From the IMG/VR virus record IMGVR_UViG_2718218397_000001: a stretch of 41,326 nucleotides of DNA; one strand, given 5' to 3'. This DNA is from a virus. Taxonomy: Duplodnaviria; Heunggongvirae; Uroviricota; Caudoviricetes. Shown here one piece after another: positions 31,005 to 41,326 of this stretch; position 1 is the stretch's first letter; each line of letters starts with the position of its first letter. Position numbers and translations under genes: made by a program. The notes beneath the pieces are model-generated. The model saw only the letters and a list, made by a program, of their open reading frames with translations. It searched no databases and was not told the origin of the DNA.

Positions 31005-31459
31005 TGATTACATTCAAACCAACGCGAAACATCGACCTGATAGAAGCAGTCGGAAATCACCCTGACATTATTGCCGGGAGCAACAACGGCGATGGATACG
31101 ACTACAAACCTGATTGCCGTTACTTTGAGGTGAACGTGCACGGTCAGTTTGGCGGCATTGTTTACTATCAGGAGATTCAGCCGCTGACCCTCGATTGCCA
31201 CGCCATGTACCTGCCAGAGATTCGCGGCTTCAGCAAGGAAATCGGGCTGGCGTTCTGGCGATACATTCTGACTAACACCACCGTTCAGTGCGTCACATCG
31301 TTCGCTGCGCGCAAATTCCGCCACGGTCAGATGTATTGCGCAATGATTGGCCTTAAGCGTGTCGGAACCATCAAGAAATACTTTAAAGGCGTGGATGACG
31401 TGACTTTTTACAGCGCCACACGCGAAGAACTAATCGACTTCCTGAATCACAGGAGATAG
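31004..31459 (+). CDS. gp14-like head assembly / ejection-associated protein
   Basis: 151 aa; gene order as P22 (26-14-7-20-16). Confidence 0.6.
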   Translation: MITFKPTRNIDLIEAVGNHPDIIAGSNNGDGYDYKPDCRYFEVNVHGQFGGIVYYQEIQPLTLDCHAMYLPEIRGFSKEIGLAFWRYILTNTTVQCVTSFAARKFRHGQMYCAMIGLKRVGTIKKYFKGVDDVTFYSATREELIDFLNHRR

Positions 31460-31461
31460 CC

Positions 31462-32154
31462 ATGTTATATGCATTTAAGCTGGGCAGAAAACTGCGCGGC
31501 GAGGAACCTTATTGCCCTGAAAAAGGCGGGAAAGGTGGCAGCTCTGATAAAAGCGCAAAGTATGCCGCAGAAGCTCAGAAGTATGCAGCAGACCTGCAAA
31601 ATCAGCAGTGGCAGACGATCATGAAAAACCTTGCTCCGTTCACGCCGCTTGCGGAGCAGTATGTTAACCAGCTTCAGAATATTTCCAGTTTAGAAGGTCA
31701 GGGGCAGGCACTTAATCAGTATTACAATTCTCAGCAGTATAAAGACCTTGCAGGTCAGGCTCGTTACCAGAGTCTTGCTGCTGCGGAGGCGACTGGTGGA
31801 CTTGGTTCGACAGCTACAAGCAATCAACTGGCTACGATCGCGCCGACACTCGGTCAGTCTTGGTTATCAAATCAGATGAGCAATTACAACAATCTGGCAA
31901 ACGTTGGGCTTGGTGCACTGCAAGGTCAGGCAAACGCCGGGCAGACGTACGCCAACAACATGAGCAGCATTGCACAGCAAAGCGCAGCACTTGCCGCTGC
32001 TAATGCCAATAAACCATCAAGTCTTCAAACTGCAATTAGCGGTGGCACGTCTGGTGCGATTGCCGGTGCAGGTCTTGCCAGCCTTTTGGGAACATCAACG
32101 CCTTGGGGCGCTGGCATTGGTGCTGGTATCGGATTGCTTGGCTCGTTGTTTTAA
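31462..32154 (+). CDS. Ejection protein (P22 gp7-like)
   Basis: 230 aa, Gln/Ala/Gly-rich with hydrophobic C-terminus; gene order. Confidence 0.65.
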   Translation: MLYAFKLGRKLRGEEPYCPEKGGKGGSSDKSAKYAAEAQKYAADLQNQQWQTIMKNLAPFTPLAEQYVNQLQNISSLEGQGQALNQYYNSQQYKDLAGQARYQSLAAAEATGGLGSTATSNQLATIAPTLGQSWLSNQMSNYNNLANVGLGALQGQANAGQTYANNMSSIAQQSAALAAANANKPSSLQTAISGGTSGAIAGAGLASLLGTSTPWGAGIGAGIGLLGSLF

Positions 32155-32163
32155 GGGGTAATC

Positions 32164-33429
32164 ATGGCTACTTGGCAAGGAACAAACGGCGGATTGTTGG
32201 CTGGTATCGGCGGCGTCAACTCAAACGCTCCGAGCGTAAATGACATCAGCAATACGCTTCAGCTTATCAGGCAGAACAATGATATTGAGCATTCAGGCGC
32301 TAACAATGTTGGGCTGACTGCTTTGCAAGGCCTTTCAGGTATTGCAGGGGTGTTTCAGCAGGAAAAGCAGGCTCAGCGGCAGAAAGAATTTCAGCAGGCG
32401 TACGCTAATGCTTATGCGTCTGGTGATCGCGGTGCTTTGCGTCAGTTGGCTACTCAATATCCAGACCAGATTGAATCCGTTCGTAAAGGCATGGGGTTCA
32501 TTGATGAAGACCAGCGTAATTCTATCGGCACCTTAGCGGCTGGCGCACGCCTTGCGTCATCGTCTCCAGAAGCAATGCAATCATGGCTGCAAAACAACGC
32601 CAAGGAACTTACTCGCGTCGGTGTTGACCCTAACAGCGTTGCTCAGATGTATCGGCAGAACCCTTCAGGATTTGGTGAGTTTGTTGATCACCTTGGAATG
32701 GCTGCTCTTGGTCCGATTGATTACTTCAATGTTCAGGACAAGATGGTAGGTCGCCAGCAGGATCAGCAAAGAATTAACGAAACAATCCGTAATAATGACA
32801 TGACAAATGCCAGAGGGTGGGCAAGCAACAATATTGCGCAACAAAATGTCAATCTTCGGCGGATGGAATTAGAGGACAAGAAATACGACAGACTCATCGC
32901 AAATGAAACTAATGCATTAAAACTTGCTGAATTGCAGGACAAGAGATTGCAGAATCAGCAAGCTATGGAGCAGGCAAAGCGAGATAAGGCCGATGCGTAC
33001 AACTCTGGAATGGATAATCTCTCCAGAACGATAGAGACGGCTACAAAAGTTCTTAATAGCCCAGGATTCACGGGATATTTCGGAACAAACCTAAACCCAC
33101 TATCGAGTAGATTCATTCCAGGAACAGAGGCTGCTGACACAGAAACTCTGGTTGACACACTGAAATCTCAGGGATTCTTATCTGGCATTCAGCAGATGAA
33201 AGGGATGGGGGCTTTAAGTAATGCCGAGGGGCAAAAGGTAATGGATGCTATTGGTAGTTTGTCCCCAAATCAGTCTGAAAAATCAGCCAGAGAAGCTATT
33301 AAAACAATCATAAAAACCACTGAGATGGCTCAGAAACGTATGCAACAGAAATACGGGAAGGACATACAACCGTCTCAACAGCAGCTTTCTGATGATGACC
33401 TGATTAATAAATATCTCGGAGGGCAGTAA
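32164..33429 (+). CDS. Ejection protein (P22 gp20-like)
   Basis: 421 aa; gene order. Confidence 0.65.
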   Translation: MATWQGTNGGLLAGIGGVNSNAPSVNDISNTLQLIRQNNDIEHSGANNVGLTALQGLSGIAGVFQQEKQAQRQKEFQQAYANAYASGDRGALRQLATQYPDQIESVRKGMGFIDEDQRNSIGTLAAGARLASSSPEAMQSWLQNNAKELTRVGVDPNSVAQMYRQNPSGFGEFVDHLGMAALGPIDYFNVQDKMVGRQQDQQRINETIRNNDMTNARGWASNNIAQQNVNLRRMELEDKKYDRLIANETNALKLAELQDKRLQNQQAMEQAKRDKADAYNSGMDNLSRTIETATKVLNSPGFTGYFGTNLNPLSSRFIPGTEAADTETLVDTLKSQGFLSGIQQMKGMGALSNAEGQKVMDAIGSLSPNQSEKSAREAIKTIIKTTEMAQKRMQQKYGKDIQPSQQQLSDDDLINKYLGGQ

Positions 33430-35543
33430 TGGCCTATAGTCGTGAACAGTTGATGACGGCGTTAAGGAATGCTGATGCTGCCGGCGATACTGAGGGAGCA
33501 CGTCGCATTGCTCAGATGTTGTCTTCTGGTGATCAATCCACTCAAAACCAATCGCAGCCAGGAGAACAATCTCTGGTAGGAAAAGCCACTGACTGGCTCA
33601 CTGGTGGTCAAAGCGCAGGGCAAATTGCAGAACAGGCTGGCCGTGGTCTGGTAAACATACCATTTGACGTATTGCAGGGTGGCGCAAGTCTGATTAATGC
33701 AATCAGCCAGGGGCTTGGTGGCCCCAAGGTTTTGGATGATGTCTATCGTCCAGTCGATAGACCGACAGACCCTTACGCGCAAGCCGGTGAAACAATTGGT
33801 GGGTATCTCCTGCCAATTGGCACAGCGGCAAAAGCTGCTGGAGCGCCAGCAAAGCTCGCAGGAGACATCGGTTCCGCAGGAAACATGATTGCCGGTTCTC
33901 TTGCTGATGCTGCAAATCAGGAGGGTGATTTTGCACAAAATGCTGCCATTAACGGTGGTATCAATATTGGTGCTCAAGGCGTTCTTTCAGGTGTTGGGCG
34001 CGTTATTGCGCCAAGGGTTTCACAGGCTCTTGGTGGTGCAGCACTGAATTCTGCTAATGATGTTTCCAGGATGGCAAAGTCAGGTGCTGGGCGTCAGTCA
34101 ATTGCCAGTCAGGCCGCTAATGTGTCCGAAGATGTAGCAAAAGCGGCTGAGTCTGCTGGAATTGATATAAACGCATTAACACCAGGAATGCGATCTGGAA
34201 GTCGTGGAATTGCACAAGCCGAAGGCGCATTGGCATCAACACCAGGAATTGTTCAGGACGCCCATCAGGCAGCATTTAACGAAATATCATCAAAGTTAAG
34301 TCGAAACCTTGATGAATTTGGGGCCGCATCTGGAACGGCATCAGAAAAAAGTGCGGCTATAAAACAAAGGATTCTTCAAAATCTTGATCAGATGAAGGAT
34401 GCCGAGCGCGCGGCATGGGATGACGTGCGGTCAACGATGCCAAATCAAAAAGCAAGAATGCTAAATGGTAATGCCGTTATTCAGGCAGAGCGATCTGCTG
34501 GCATACCGCTTACTCCTGAAATGAAACAGTTTGTTCAGGCAAACAATCAAGGTGGAGTAACATTTGATGGCATGAAAGCATGGAGAGCGAAATTTGCTGA
34601 TGCGGAGCAAAAATATAAGCGTAGCGGAGAGGCAAATGCGGCAAGGAGAGCAGGGGAAATACGCCGGGCAATTACTGATGATATGCGCACAATGGCGGAA
34701 AACGGCGGATTTCTTGATAACTGGCAAAAAGCTAATGATCTGTCTAAAGCGAGGTTATCAGCACAAGAGAGTGCAGAGTCTGTTTTCGGGCGTGATTTGG
34801 CAACAGATGCACTGATTACGAATGGAGTAAAATCCCTTCAATCATCGTCAGCTAAAGGTCTTAATGGTCCTTCTGGATTCCATTCTATGATCCGCGCGCT
34901 GCCAGAATCAGAGCGTGTTCCTGCTATATCATCAATGTTGCAAGATGCTATCTCGCATGGTGTACGTGGTGGTAAAGCTGATGCAGCAGGAATTAACCAT
35001 ATCGCAGAGATACTCACTCCACAAAATGTAAAAGCCATTAGCCGATATTCCTCAGAGCTTGGAAGAATTGCTGATGCATATGGCACTCTTGCAAGAGCAG
35101 CAGTGAAACCTCAGCAGTATATTGAAAGAACAGGGAGAACTGCCAATGTACTACGCGATCTGGATGCTGGTTTATCCAACGTCACATCAACAGTGTTAAA
35201 TGCAATTGCCAACTCAACATCAGGTGCCATTGTTGGTGGTGCTGGAGGAGGCATTGCAGGCGCTGCAGCAGGTGCTTTAGTTGGCGCTGGGTTAAAAGGC
35301 GCTGTATCTAAAATTGCCACCACACGTAGTGGTCGATATGCGATAGAGAAAGCTGTTCAGGAAGCCACCAAAGCAGTAAGAGCAGGCGGAAGCAAAGAAG
35401 CATTAGCGGCGGCTGAACGCAGATTTATGGCAAATAAAGCCGCCGTAAAAGCAATACGCGATGCTATTGGTAGCGATGAATTCAATCGCTTGTCGAGAGC
35501 TGGTATTGTCGCCTCGTTAAGCGGTATGAATGAATATGAATAG
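33429..35543 (+). CDS. Ejection protein (P22 gp16-like)
   Basis: 704 aa, Ala/Gly-rich; gene order. Confidence 0.65.
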   Translation: MAYSREQLMTALRNADAAGDTEGARRIAQMLSSGDQSTQNQSQPGEQSLVGKATDWLTGGQSAGQIAEQAGRGLVNIPFDVLQGGASLINAISQGLGGPKVLDDVYRPVDRPTDPYAQAGETIGGYLLPIGTAAKAAGAPAKLAGDIGSAGNMIAGSLADAANQEGDFAQNAAINGGINIGAQGVLSGVGRVIAPRVSQALGGAALNSANDVSRMAKSGAGRQSIASQAANVSEDVAKAAESAGIDINALTPGMRSGSRGIAQAEGALASTPGIVQDAHQAAFNEISSKLSRNLDEFGAASGTASEKSAAIKQRILQNLDQMKDAERAAWDDVRSTMPNQKARMLNGNAVIQAERSAGIPLTPEMKQFVQANNQGGVTFDGMKAWRAKFADAEQKYKRSGEANAARRAGEIRRAITDDMRTMAENGGFLDNWQKANDLSKARLSAQESAESVFGRDLATDALITNGVKSLQSSSAKGLNGPSGFHSMIRALPESERVPAISSMLQDAISHGVRGGKADAAGINHIAEILTPQNVKAISRYSSELGRIADAYGTLARAAVKPQQYIERTGRTANVLRDLDAGLSNVTSTVLNAIANSTSGAIVGGAGGGIAGAAAGALVGAGLKGAVSKIATTRSGRYAIEKAVQEATKAVRAGGSKEALAAAERRFMANKAAVKAIRDAIGSDEFNRLSRAGIVASLSGMNEYE

Positions 35544-35545
35544 CT

Positions 35546-36031
35546 TTATCTAATGTTGCTGCTACTGTTGCATGTGACGGTATTTCCAAATCCTGAATTG
35601 CAGTTTGTATAGGTGTCAACACGCGTTGGGTAAGGTTGAGTTATAACAGGCTGTCTCGCTTTTTGCTCGATCGCTTGCATTGTGTTTACAGCCTGATAAT
35701 TCAATAAAGCCTGCTGGAATGCTTGGCTTTGTGCTATTTGTTGGGCTTGTTCTTGGCTTTGTAATTGAACATAAAGATTCTGAAGCTCAAGTCTTGCCTG
35801 TGCGTCACTTATCTTGCCTTCATCGACACCTTGCCCGAGCATCTTCGCAGCAAGGACATACAGCTTAGGTGTTGGTGCTGATGCCATGCGTGAGTCGTTC
35901 TTCACGCTGGCATCAAGGCAATTAGCCATATCACTAAGCTTTGGATAGCGTTGTTCGCAACTTGCTTGATAGTCACTTACTTTTGCGCATCCAACCAGCA
36001 GAAGCGGGATAATTAACAGTGATTTTTTCAT
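35546..36031 (-). CDS. Lipoprotein of unknown function (immI/sieA-equivalent slot)
   Basis: ORF 35546..36067; start MKKSLLIIPLLLVGC with lipobox LVGC and aaggagag SD; Gln-rich coiled-coil middle. Confidence 0.6.
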   Translation of the reverse strand: MKKSLLIIPLLLVGCAKVSDYQASCEQRYPKLSDMANCLDASVKNDSRMASAPTPKLYVLAAKMLGQGVDEGKISDAQARLELQNLYVQLQSQEQAQQIAQSQAFQQALLNYQAVNTMQAIEQKARQPVITQPYPTRVDTYTNCNSGFGNTVTCNSSSNIR

Positions 36032-36101
36032 ATGGTTAACTCTCCTTAGTTTTTCACAGGATATCATGAAGGCAATGCCATTTTAGCCGGAAACTAGATT
36101 T

Positions 36102-36368
36102 CTATGTTTCCTTTTTATTATTGCTATACATGGTCTTAAGCGTTTCAAAAACCATTTTCTTAACCATATCAGATTGTTGTTCTGCCATACGCTCTGCATC
36201 GTCAATGTAAACGGATGCAGAGCTTTGTTTAGCCAATGATTCTTCAATCGCTGCAATTATCTCTGAGTTCAGCGACCTGTTATTCATCTTCGCACGCTGC
36301 TTAATTTTCGCGTGGAGTTCATGCGGAAGTCTCAAGTGAAACTGCGCCTCGTCGTATTTGCTGTACAT
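36102..36368 (-). CDS. mnt: Mnt-like ribbon-helix-helix repressor
   Basis: FHLRLPHELHAKIKQRA and C-terminal DAERMAEQQSDMVKKMVFETLK resemble P22 Mnt. Confidence 0.7.
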   Translation of the reverse strand: MYSKYDEAQFHLRLPHELHAKIKQRAKMNNRSLNSEIIAAIEESLAKQSSASVYIDDAERMAEQQSDMVKKMVFETLKTMYSNNKKET

Positions 36369-36489
36369 CCTTGATGCCTCACCAGTTGGGTGGAATGGCA
36401 TCGTAACTTACTGGATAAATACTCAATAGTACCATTTCGGTATGCAATCACATCATGGTTGCATCATATCATTCGTCTGGAGCAATGAA

Positions 36490-38691
36490 ATGTCAGATAT
36501 CACCGCAAATGTTGTGGTAAGCATGCCTTCGCAACTCTTCACTATGGCTCGTTCTTTTAAAGCCGTAGCCAATGGCAAAATTTATATCGGTAAAATTGAC
36601 ACGGACCCGGTAAATCCTGAAAACCAGATTCAGGTTTATGTGGAGAACGAAGATGGTTCTCACGTCCCTGTTTCGCAACCAATCATCATTAATGCTGCTG
36701 GTTATCCGGTATATAACGGACAGATTGCCAAATTCGTAACTGTGCAAGGCCATTCTATGGCTGTTTACGATGCGTATGGCGTACAGCAATTCTATTTCCC
36801 TAATGTGCTGAAGTATGACCCTGACAGATTACAACAGCGACTTATTAGTCACTTGGATGGAAATGGAGATGCTTTAGTTGCTACTAAGCAACCTATTGCA
36901 GGGGCGAAAGATAAAACAGTACATGATTGGATTGCTGAGCATGTTTCTATTAAAGACATGTATGGTGTTATTGGTGATGGTGTTAACGATGATGCGCCTT
37001 ATATAATTACTGCACTATCCAACCTATTGATATCCTGTAATCCTATTGTATTTGTCCCTGGAACATATCTCATAAATTCAGACATTACATTTGATATCCC
37101 TGTGACATTTATTCGTGGAGCTGTATTAAAAGTAAGAAATGGTGCCGTAGTTAAATTTAATGCAGAAATTGATGCTGGAAGGTATGAGATATTTGACACA
37201 GAAGATGACTTTTTCAATAATTACTTAGAAACTCCATCTGTTAAGATACCAAATGGACCTGTTCGTATTGAGTGGTTTGGAGCTAAATCAGTAAGTAGTT
37301 ATGCAGATATAGCGTCAGCACATGATTGTTCAGATGCTTTTTTAAAGGCATGGCATGCAACATGCGGAGAATTTAATGTGGAAATAACTCCTGGTGCTCT
37401 TTATCAGTCAGAGTTTTATCATTCATATGTATCTTTATCATCAGGAAAATATAGAATGGATAAAAATCTAAAACTATGGCATAGGGTTATTTCGCCATCT
37501 ATCATCAGATATAATAAAAATGGAGGGGGGATAATTGGTGATGGAATGGGGTTGTCAATTCTTGTTTTTACAGATCCTAAGTATGAAGGAAATGCTTATG
37601 TTGAACTCAGTGATATGAGCGGAGAGATGCATGAGTTTCGTGATTTTAAAGTGACATTCTATGATCCAAATGCTACAGGAGATGATATATATTTTGGTAG
37701 AGCTGGGGCTTGCATTCTGTTCTCTAGCGCAGATAGTATAGTTACAAAGAATATATGGGCTGCTGGAGCAAAATATCTTCGCACTGATATTGATGGGGTT
37801 CGTAGGGGTGGTGTGGGTATACAATTTGAGTCATTGGTAGACCATTTTTTCGAGAATCTATTAGTAGAGCACTGTATAAACGGTATTGCATTTAGTTCCT
37901 GTGTTTCAAATGGTTTTAACATTAAGGGATTCTCTAATAGAGTATCTGATCTGGCATTTGGTAATTATATACCAGCATGGCCAGATCTAATCACGCAAAA
38001 TGGCGTAAATCTTGTATCTGTTTCTGGCATGGAGAGCAAGGCATGTCCTGCAACTCCTATTTATTTTGGGACGGTTGATAACAGGGTTAACATAACTAAT
38101 GTTAATATTAAAGGAAATGCAGAATCATCATCTTCAATAGTAACATTTAGAGCCATTGCGTTTAACCATGCTGGGGCCGGTGCAGTAGGATTGATTCAGG
38201 GCAATGTTATGAATGTGAACTACGGTCTTATTGATGACGGTGGAACAGCTTTTGCTGGTAAATCTGGTTCACCATTAAGACTAACTTTTAATGTTTATAA
38301 TGTTGCAGGGAATTCCGCAACAGAAACAGCTGTTGCTGTATTCAAAAACCCTTTGTCTAATGTCGATATTGATTTAGGTGTGAATGGCGCATTGTTTCCT
38401 GCGCTTATTAGCTCATGTAATTACGCCATAGCCAGAATTAATATTGTTGGTATCACTGGGTCAAACTCAGCTCCCTACGTGGCATTCGGATGCAATGCAG
38501 GAATATTAATAATTAGAAGTTTGAAAGCATCAGGAAGTTCAGCGGCATACCTTGGCTATGCAGGAGGATCGTCTCAAGTCATTCTTCCATCTGCAATGTC
38601 AGCTGATATCACACTGGTTAGGAAAGGTTCAGGCTCTTCTGCTGATATAAGGCAGGAATCATCTTCACCTTACAACAATATTCAGTCTTAA
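36490..38691 (+). CDS. Tailspike: P22-type N-terminal head-binding domain fused to a different receptor-binding domain
   Basis: [43 protein letters not shown] matches P22 gp9 N-terminus; remainder Gly/Asn/Ser-rich and AT-rich. Confidence 0.85.
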   Translation: MSDITANVVVSMPSQLFTMARSFKAVANGKIYIGKIDTDPVNPENQIQVYVENEDGSHVPVSQPIIINAAGYPVYNGQIAKFVTVQGHSMAVYDAYGVQQFYFPNVLKYDPDRLQQRLISHLDGNGDALVATKQPIAGAKDKTVHDWIAEHVSIKDMYGVIGDGVNDDAPYIITALSNLLISCNPIVFVPGTYLINSDITFDIPVTFIRGAVLKVRNGAVVKFNAEIDAGRYEIFDTEDDFFNNYLETPSVKIPNGPVRIEWFGAKSVSSYADIASAHDCSDAFLKAWHATCGEFNVEITPGALYQSEFYHSYVSLSSGKYRMDKNLKLWHRVISPSIIRYNKNGGGIIGDGMGLSILVFTDPKYEGNAYVELSDMSGEMHEFRDFKVTFYDPNATGDDIYFGRAGACILFSSADSIVTKNIWAAGAKYLRTDIDGVRRGGVGIQFESLVDHFFENLLVEHCINGIAFSSCVSNGFNIKGFSNRVSDLAFGNYIPAWPDLITQNGVNLVSVSGMESKACPATPIYFGTVDNRVNITNVNIKGNAESSSSIVTFRAIAFNHAGAGAVGLIQGNVMNVNYGLIDDGGTAFAGKSGSPLRLTFNVYNVAGNSATETAVAVFKNPLSNVDIDLGVNGALFPALISSCNYAIARINIVGITGSNSAPYVAFGCNAGILIIRSLKASGSSAAYLGYAGGSSQVILPSAMSADITLVRKGSGSSADIRQESSSPYNNIQS

Positions 38692-38725
38692 ATTCAAAAA
38701 ATAAATATCATTTTTTAATAAAAAA

Positions 38726-38760
38726 GGCATGCATACAAACTATAACTGCATGCCATTTTT
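38726..38760. terminator. Bidirectional terminator between convergent tailspike and oac
   Basis: ggcatgca...tgcatgcc hairpin flanked by A-run upstream and T-run downstream. Confidence 0.55.
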
Positions 38761-38762
38761 AA

Positions 38763-39755
38763 TCAATTGCTTATTTTATTGTATATTTTTATTGTTGTAA
38801 AATATGCGATAAAGAAACATAAGAAAGTGTATAATATAGTGTCTATAGAGTTATGCAGATACACCTTCAAACCAATCATTTTGAAAGATGAATAAATAAA
38901 TGTTTTAAGCATTTGCTCTGTTCCGCAAAGCACTAGAGTTGATTGCCCTATTAATATAACTTGCTTTATCTTTATGCGCTTTGCAATGGTAATGTTTGGG
39001 ATAAATAGCGCTGCCGTTATAATAAACGATGCAAGTATTTTTAAATATTCGTTTTTAATTCCATTATATATTGAGGCTGCCCCATAAAAATAAACATAAA
39101 TAAATAACGCCATCGACAATGAGCAAATTATGTAAGAGGTTATTTTTGATGTTAGGTTGCCATTATATTCTTGTGGCTCTTTAATATAACAGGAAAGGTA
39201 TGCGCCCAAAGCATAATAAGCAATATACCTTAAAGCGCTGTCAATATTAAAAAACAACTTTGGCTGAACACCTATTTTCATAATTGAAGAAACAAAGAAT
39301 ATCGCAATGCATGTTATGAAAATAAGATGCCTATTCTTTATTATAAGCTGTATAAATGAGTGCATCATTATAATAACAAACAAACATGGAAGAAACCAAA
39401 GTGATGCAGCAAATATGTGGTTTCTGATTCCTGGTATTATCTGGCTGGCAAGCTCTCTTACCTGATGGAAGTCATAATTATAGTATAGAGAAAAGAAAAT
39501 AAGGGAAATAAGCGAGAATGTAAAATACGGTATCAGTATCCTTTTTGAGGATTTAATCGCTATAATATTAAAATCATATAGAGAAGAGCATTTTTTAAAA
39601 AAAATCCCGGAAATAAAAAAGAATAACGGGACGTGAAATGAAAACACAAAAGGATATAACTGCTTTGCATTATCGCCAAAGTGTCCTAAGTAAATCCAAA
39701 ATATGGCCACTGCCTTTAATGAATCAATCCATTCTAAACGATGGTTGGCATTCAT
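38763..39755 (-). CDS. oac: O-antigen acetyltransferase (acyltransferase-3 family, Sf6 Oac-like)
   Basis: 330 aa, many TM segments, N-terminal RLEWIDSLKAVAIFWIYLGHF motif; very AT-rich; next to tailspike and int. Confidence 0.75.
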   Translation of the reverse strand: MNANHRLEWIDSLKAVAIFWIYLGHFGDNAKQLYPFVFSFHVPLFFFISGIFFKKCSSLYDFNIIAIKSSKRILIPYFTFSLISLIFFSLYYNYDFHQVRELASQIIPGIRNHIFAASLWFLPCLFVIIMMHSFIQLIIKNRHLIFITCIAIFFVSSIMKIGVQPKLFFNIDSALRYIAYYALGAYLSCYIKEPQEYNGNLTSKITSYIICSLSMALFIYVYFYGAASIYNGIKNEYLKILASFIITAALFIPNITIAKRIKIKQVILIGQSTLVLCGTEQMLKTFIYSSFKMIGLKVYLHNSIDTILYTFLCFFIAYFTTIKIYNKISN

Positions 39756-40168
39756 GAAATCTCCTAAATAATATTATTTATATTTAATGGCATAGGATGA
39801 TAGCACATAGACAAACTATCATCACCATGTGCTCAACAATGCTGACTAGCATTACTGTGTTAATATACAGTGCATATGGGAAGTGAGTTATTTGGTTCAC
39901 AAACTAGATAAAGAATGCATTAAATTAACTGTCAAGCTGGAGATTCTTTGCGTACTAGTATCTTACAGCTACGTTATTGAGATGTGATGAAGGCAATGCC
40001 AGGTAGCTATTACATAATTCGTGCTAAGGTGGTTGTCACTTTGCCAAGCGTATAGGTAATTCTTTTAGAACAGTAGATGGTGAAATTCTGGAGGGTGAGG
40101 TGGACGTGAAGGTGATTCTGACACATCTGATTAACCTGGTCACCGATGACGATAACCAGGGAATTTAA

Positions 40169-41326
40169 TCAGGAGAACTTTTCATCAATCCAGTCCGCCC
40201 ACCACTGCATCATTTCTCTGCGCTTATCGAGATACTGAGCATGGTTGTAAATACCGCGCACAGATCCGCCGTTGGCATGTGCAAGTTGCACTTCAATGGC
40301 GTCGGCAGGCCATTCGTGCTCGTTCATAATCGTGCTGAATTCATGCCTGAATCCGTGACCGCTTTCCAGACCCTCATAGCCGATTTGTTTGATCACAAGT
40401 AGCACCGCGTTCTCGCAGATTGGCTTTTTCTTATCGTTGCGCCCGGCAAAAACAAACTCTGATACTGGTTTAGTGATGGAGCTTAGCGTAGTGAGAAGTT
40501 CAACCACCTGGTCCGACATCGGGACCACATGAATTTTGCGGCCCTTCATCACACTGGCGTCGATGGTGATAATCCTGTTTTCAAAATCGACGTTCTTCCA
40601 TAGCATAGAACGAAGCTCTTTCGTTCTTAGGGCTGTGTAGCGTAAAACTTTGGTCGCAATGAGCGATACGATACTTCCTGAAAATGTTGCCAGTGCTTTG
40701 TTGAATGCAGGGATCTGGTCTGCAGGTAAAAACGGGAAGTTCTTCTTGCGGTATCCCTTCATGGCGTCTGCAAGGTCAGGTGCCGGGTTATATTTAGCCC
40801 TTCCGGTGACAATAGCGTAACGGAAAACCTCGCCGCATCTTCTGCGTGCTTTGTTGGCTCGCTCCATTGCACCGCGATCTTCAAATCTGCGGATTACTTC
40901 CAGCAGTTGCATCGGCTCAATATCCTGAATTTCAAGACCACCGATGATGGGTAAAATGTCGTCATCAAACATTTTGGCAAGTTCAGTTGCATAGCCTACT
41001 GACCAGACTTGCTTCTTGTGCTCGTACCATTCCTTGTAAATGGCACTAAAGGAATTGTTGTTAGACGAAGCCTTTTTCGCTTTTACCGGATCGATGCCAA
41101 CCGAGATGTCTTTCCTCGCGGTCCATGCTTTATCTCTTGCCTCCTGCAAAGTCATAAGCGGATATTTTCCTACGGTCAGTATTTTTTCCTTACCGTCAAT
41201 CTTGTAGCGAAGCTGCCATACCTTTTTCCCGGATACAGGGACATAAAGGTACAGGCCATTACCATCGAGAAGGCGGTATGGTTTTTCTTTCGGCTTTGCT
41301 GCTTCAATCTGCTTAACGGTGAGCAT
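40169..41326 (-). CDS. intS: Tyrosine integrase, P4 type (IntS-like); start at window edge
   Basis: 385-aa ORF I recognise as E. coli CPS-53 IntS-like (MLTVKQIEAAKPKEKPYRLLDGNGLYLYV...). Confidence 0.85.
   Translation of the reverse strand: MLTVKQIEAAKPKEKPYRLLDGNGLYLYVPVSGKKVWQLRYKIDGKEKILTVGKYPLMTLQEARDKAWTARKDISVGIDPVKAKKASSNNNSFSAIYKEWYEHKKQVWSVGYATELAKMFDDDILPIIGGLEIQDIEPMQLLEVIRRFEDRGAMERANKARRRCGEVFRYAIVTGRAKYNPAPDLADAMKGYRKKNFPFLPADQIPAFNKALATFSGSIVSLIATKVLRYTALRTKELRSMLWKNVDFENRIITIDASVMKGRKIHVVPMSDQVVELLTTLSSITKPVSEFVFAGRNDKKKPICENAVLLVIKQIGYEGLESGHGFRHEFSTIMNEHEWPADAIEVQLAHANGGSVRGIYNHAQYLDKRREMMQWWADWIDEKFS

Noticed and set aside
33462-35323. Minus-strand ORFs inside the gp16-like ejection protein gene
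   Set aside because: Embedded antisense ORFs in an Ala/Gly-rich gene; expected artefacts.
36064-39992. 15-nt exact repeat atgaaggcaatgcca at about 36066 and about 39978
   Set aside because: A single 15-mer match in a 41-kb window is about what chance predicts; no extended similarity around it.
40028-40168. Plus-strand open frame ending ...EGEVDVKVILTHLINLVTDDDNQGI next to the int stop
   Set aside because: No ATG start and only about 46 codons between stops; possibly a remnant of a former gene, but not supportable as a feature.

Overview
This window is almost entirely one mosaic lambdoid prophage (about 1.7 kb to the right edge) lying next to a host LacY-family sucrose permease gene (cscB-like, 1..1248). 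At the left phage/host junction there is a 15-nt copy of the 3' end of tRNA-Arg (argW) on the minus strand (1690..1704), which I read as the att core. At the right edge sits a P4-type integrase that I recognise as IntS-like; its start coincides with the window edge, so the intact tRNA/attL is presumably just outside. Reading left to right: an AlpA-like excisionase; a leftward early operon (small accessory ORFs, a DnaQ-like exonuclease, SSB, a Rad52-like annealase, kil, cIII, a lambda-type N with nutL); a phage-434-type immunity region (cI, 14-bp ACAA..TTGT operators, cro) with a lambda-type nutR and a cII homolog; a P22-like replication module (iteron-containing initiator, DnaB-type helicase); a lambda-like nin region (ninB to ninI) with two extra ORFs; lambda-type Q, pR'/tR', S, R, Rz/Rz1; then a P22/Sf6-like podovirus morphogenesis module (small and large terminase through ejection proteins) ending in an Mnt-like repressor, a mosaic tailspike and an AT-rich O-antigen acetyltransferase (oac-like). 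Candidates worth a second look are: a secreted protein translationally coupled to cI in the rex position, an SSB whose DDDIPF tail is not C-terminal, an in-frame stop inside an accessory ORF next to N, two tRNA-like genes between tR' and the holin, a lipoprotein plus orphan Mnt in the immI/sieA-equivalent position, and the tailspike/oac serotype-conversion module. I cannot identify a single clearly novel system; these are ranked hypotheses. All names rest on reading the translations and on recall of phage protein families; no database search was possible and coordinates of non-ORF features are hand-counted (a few nt of error is possible).
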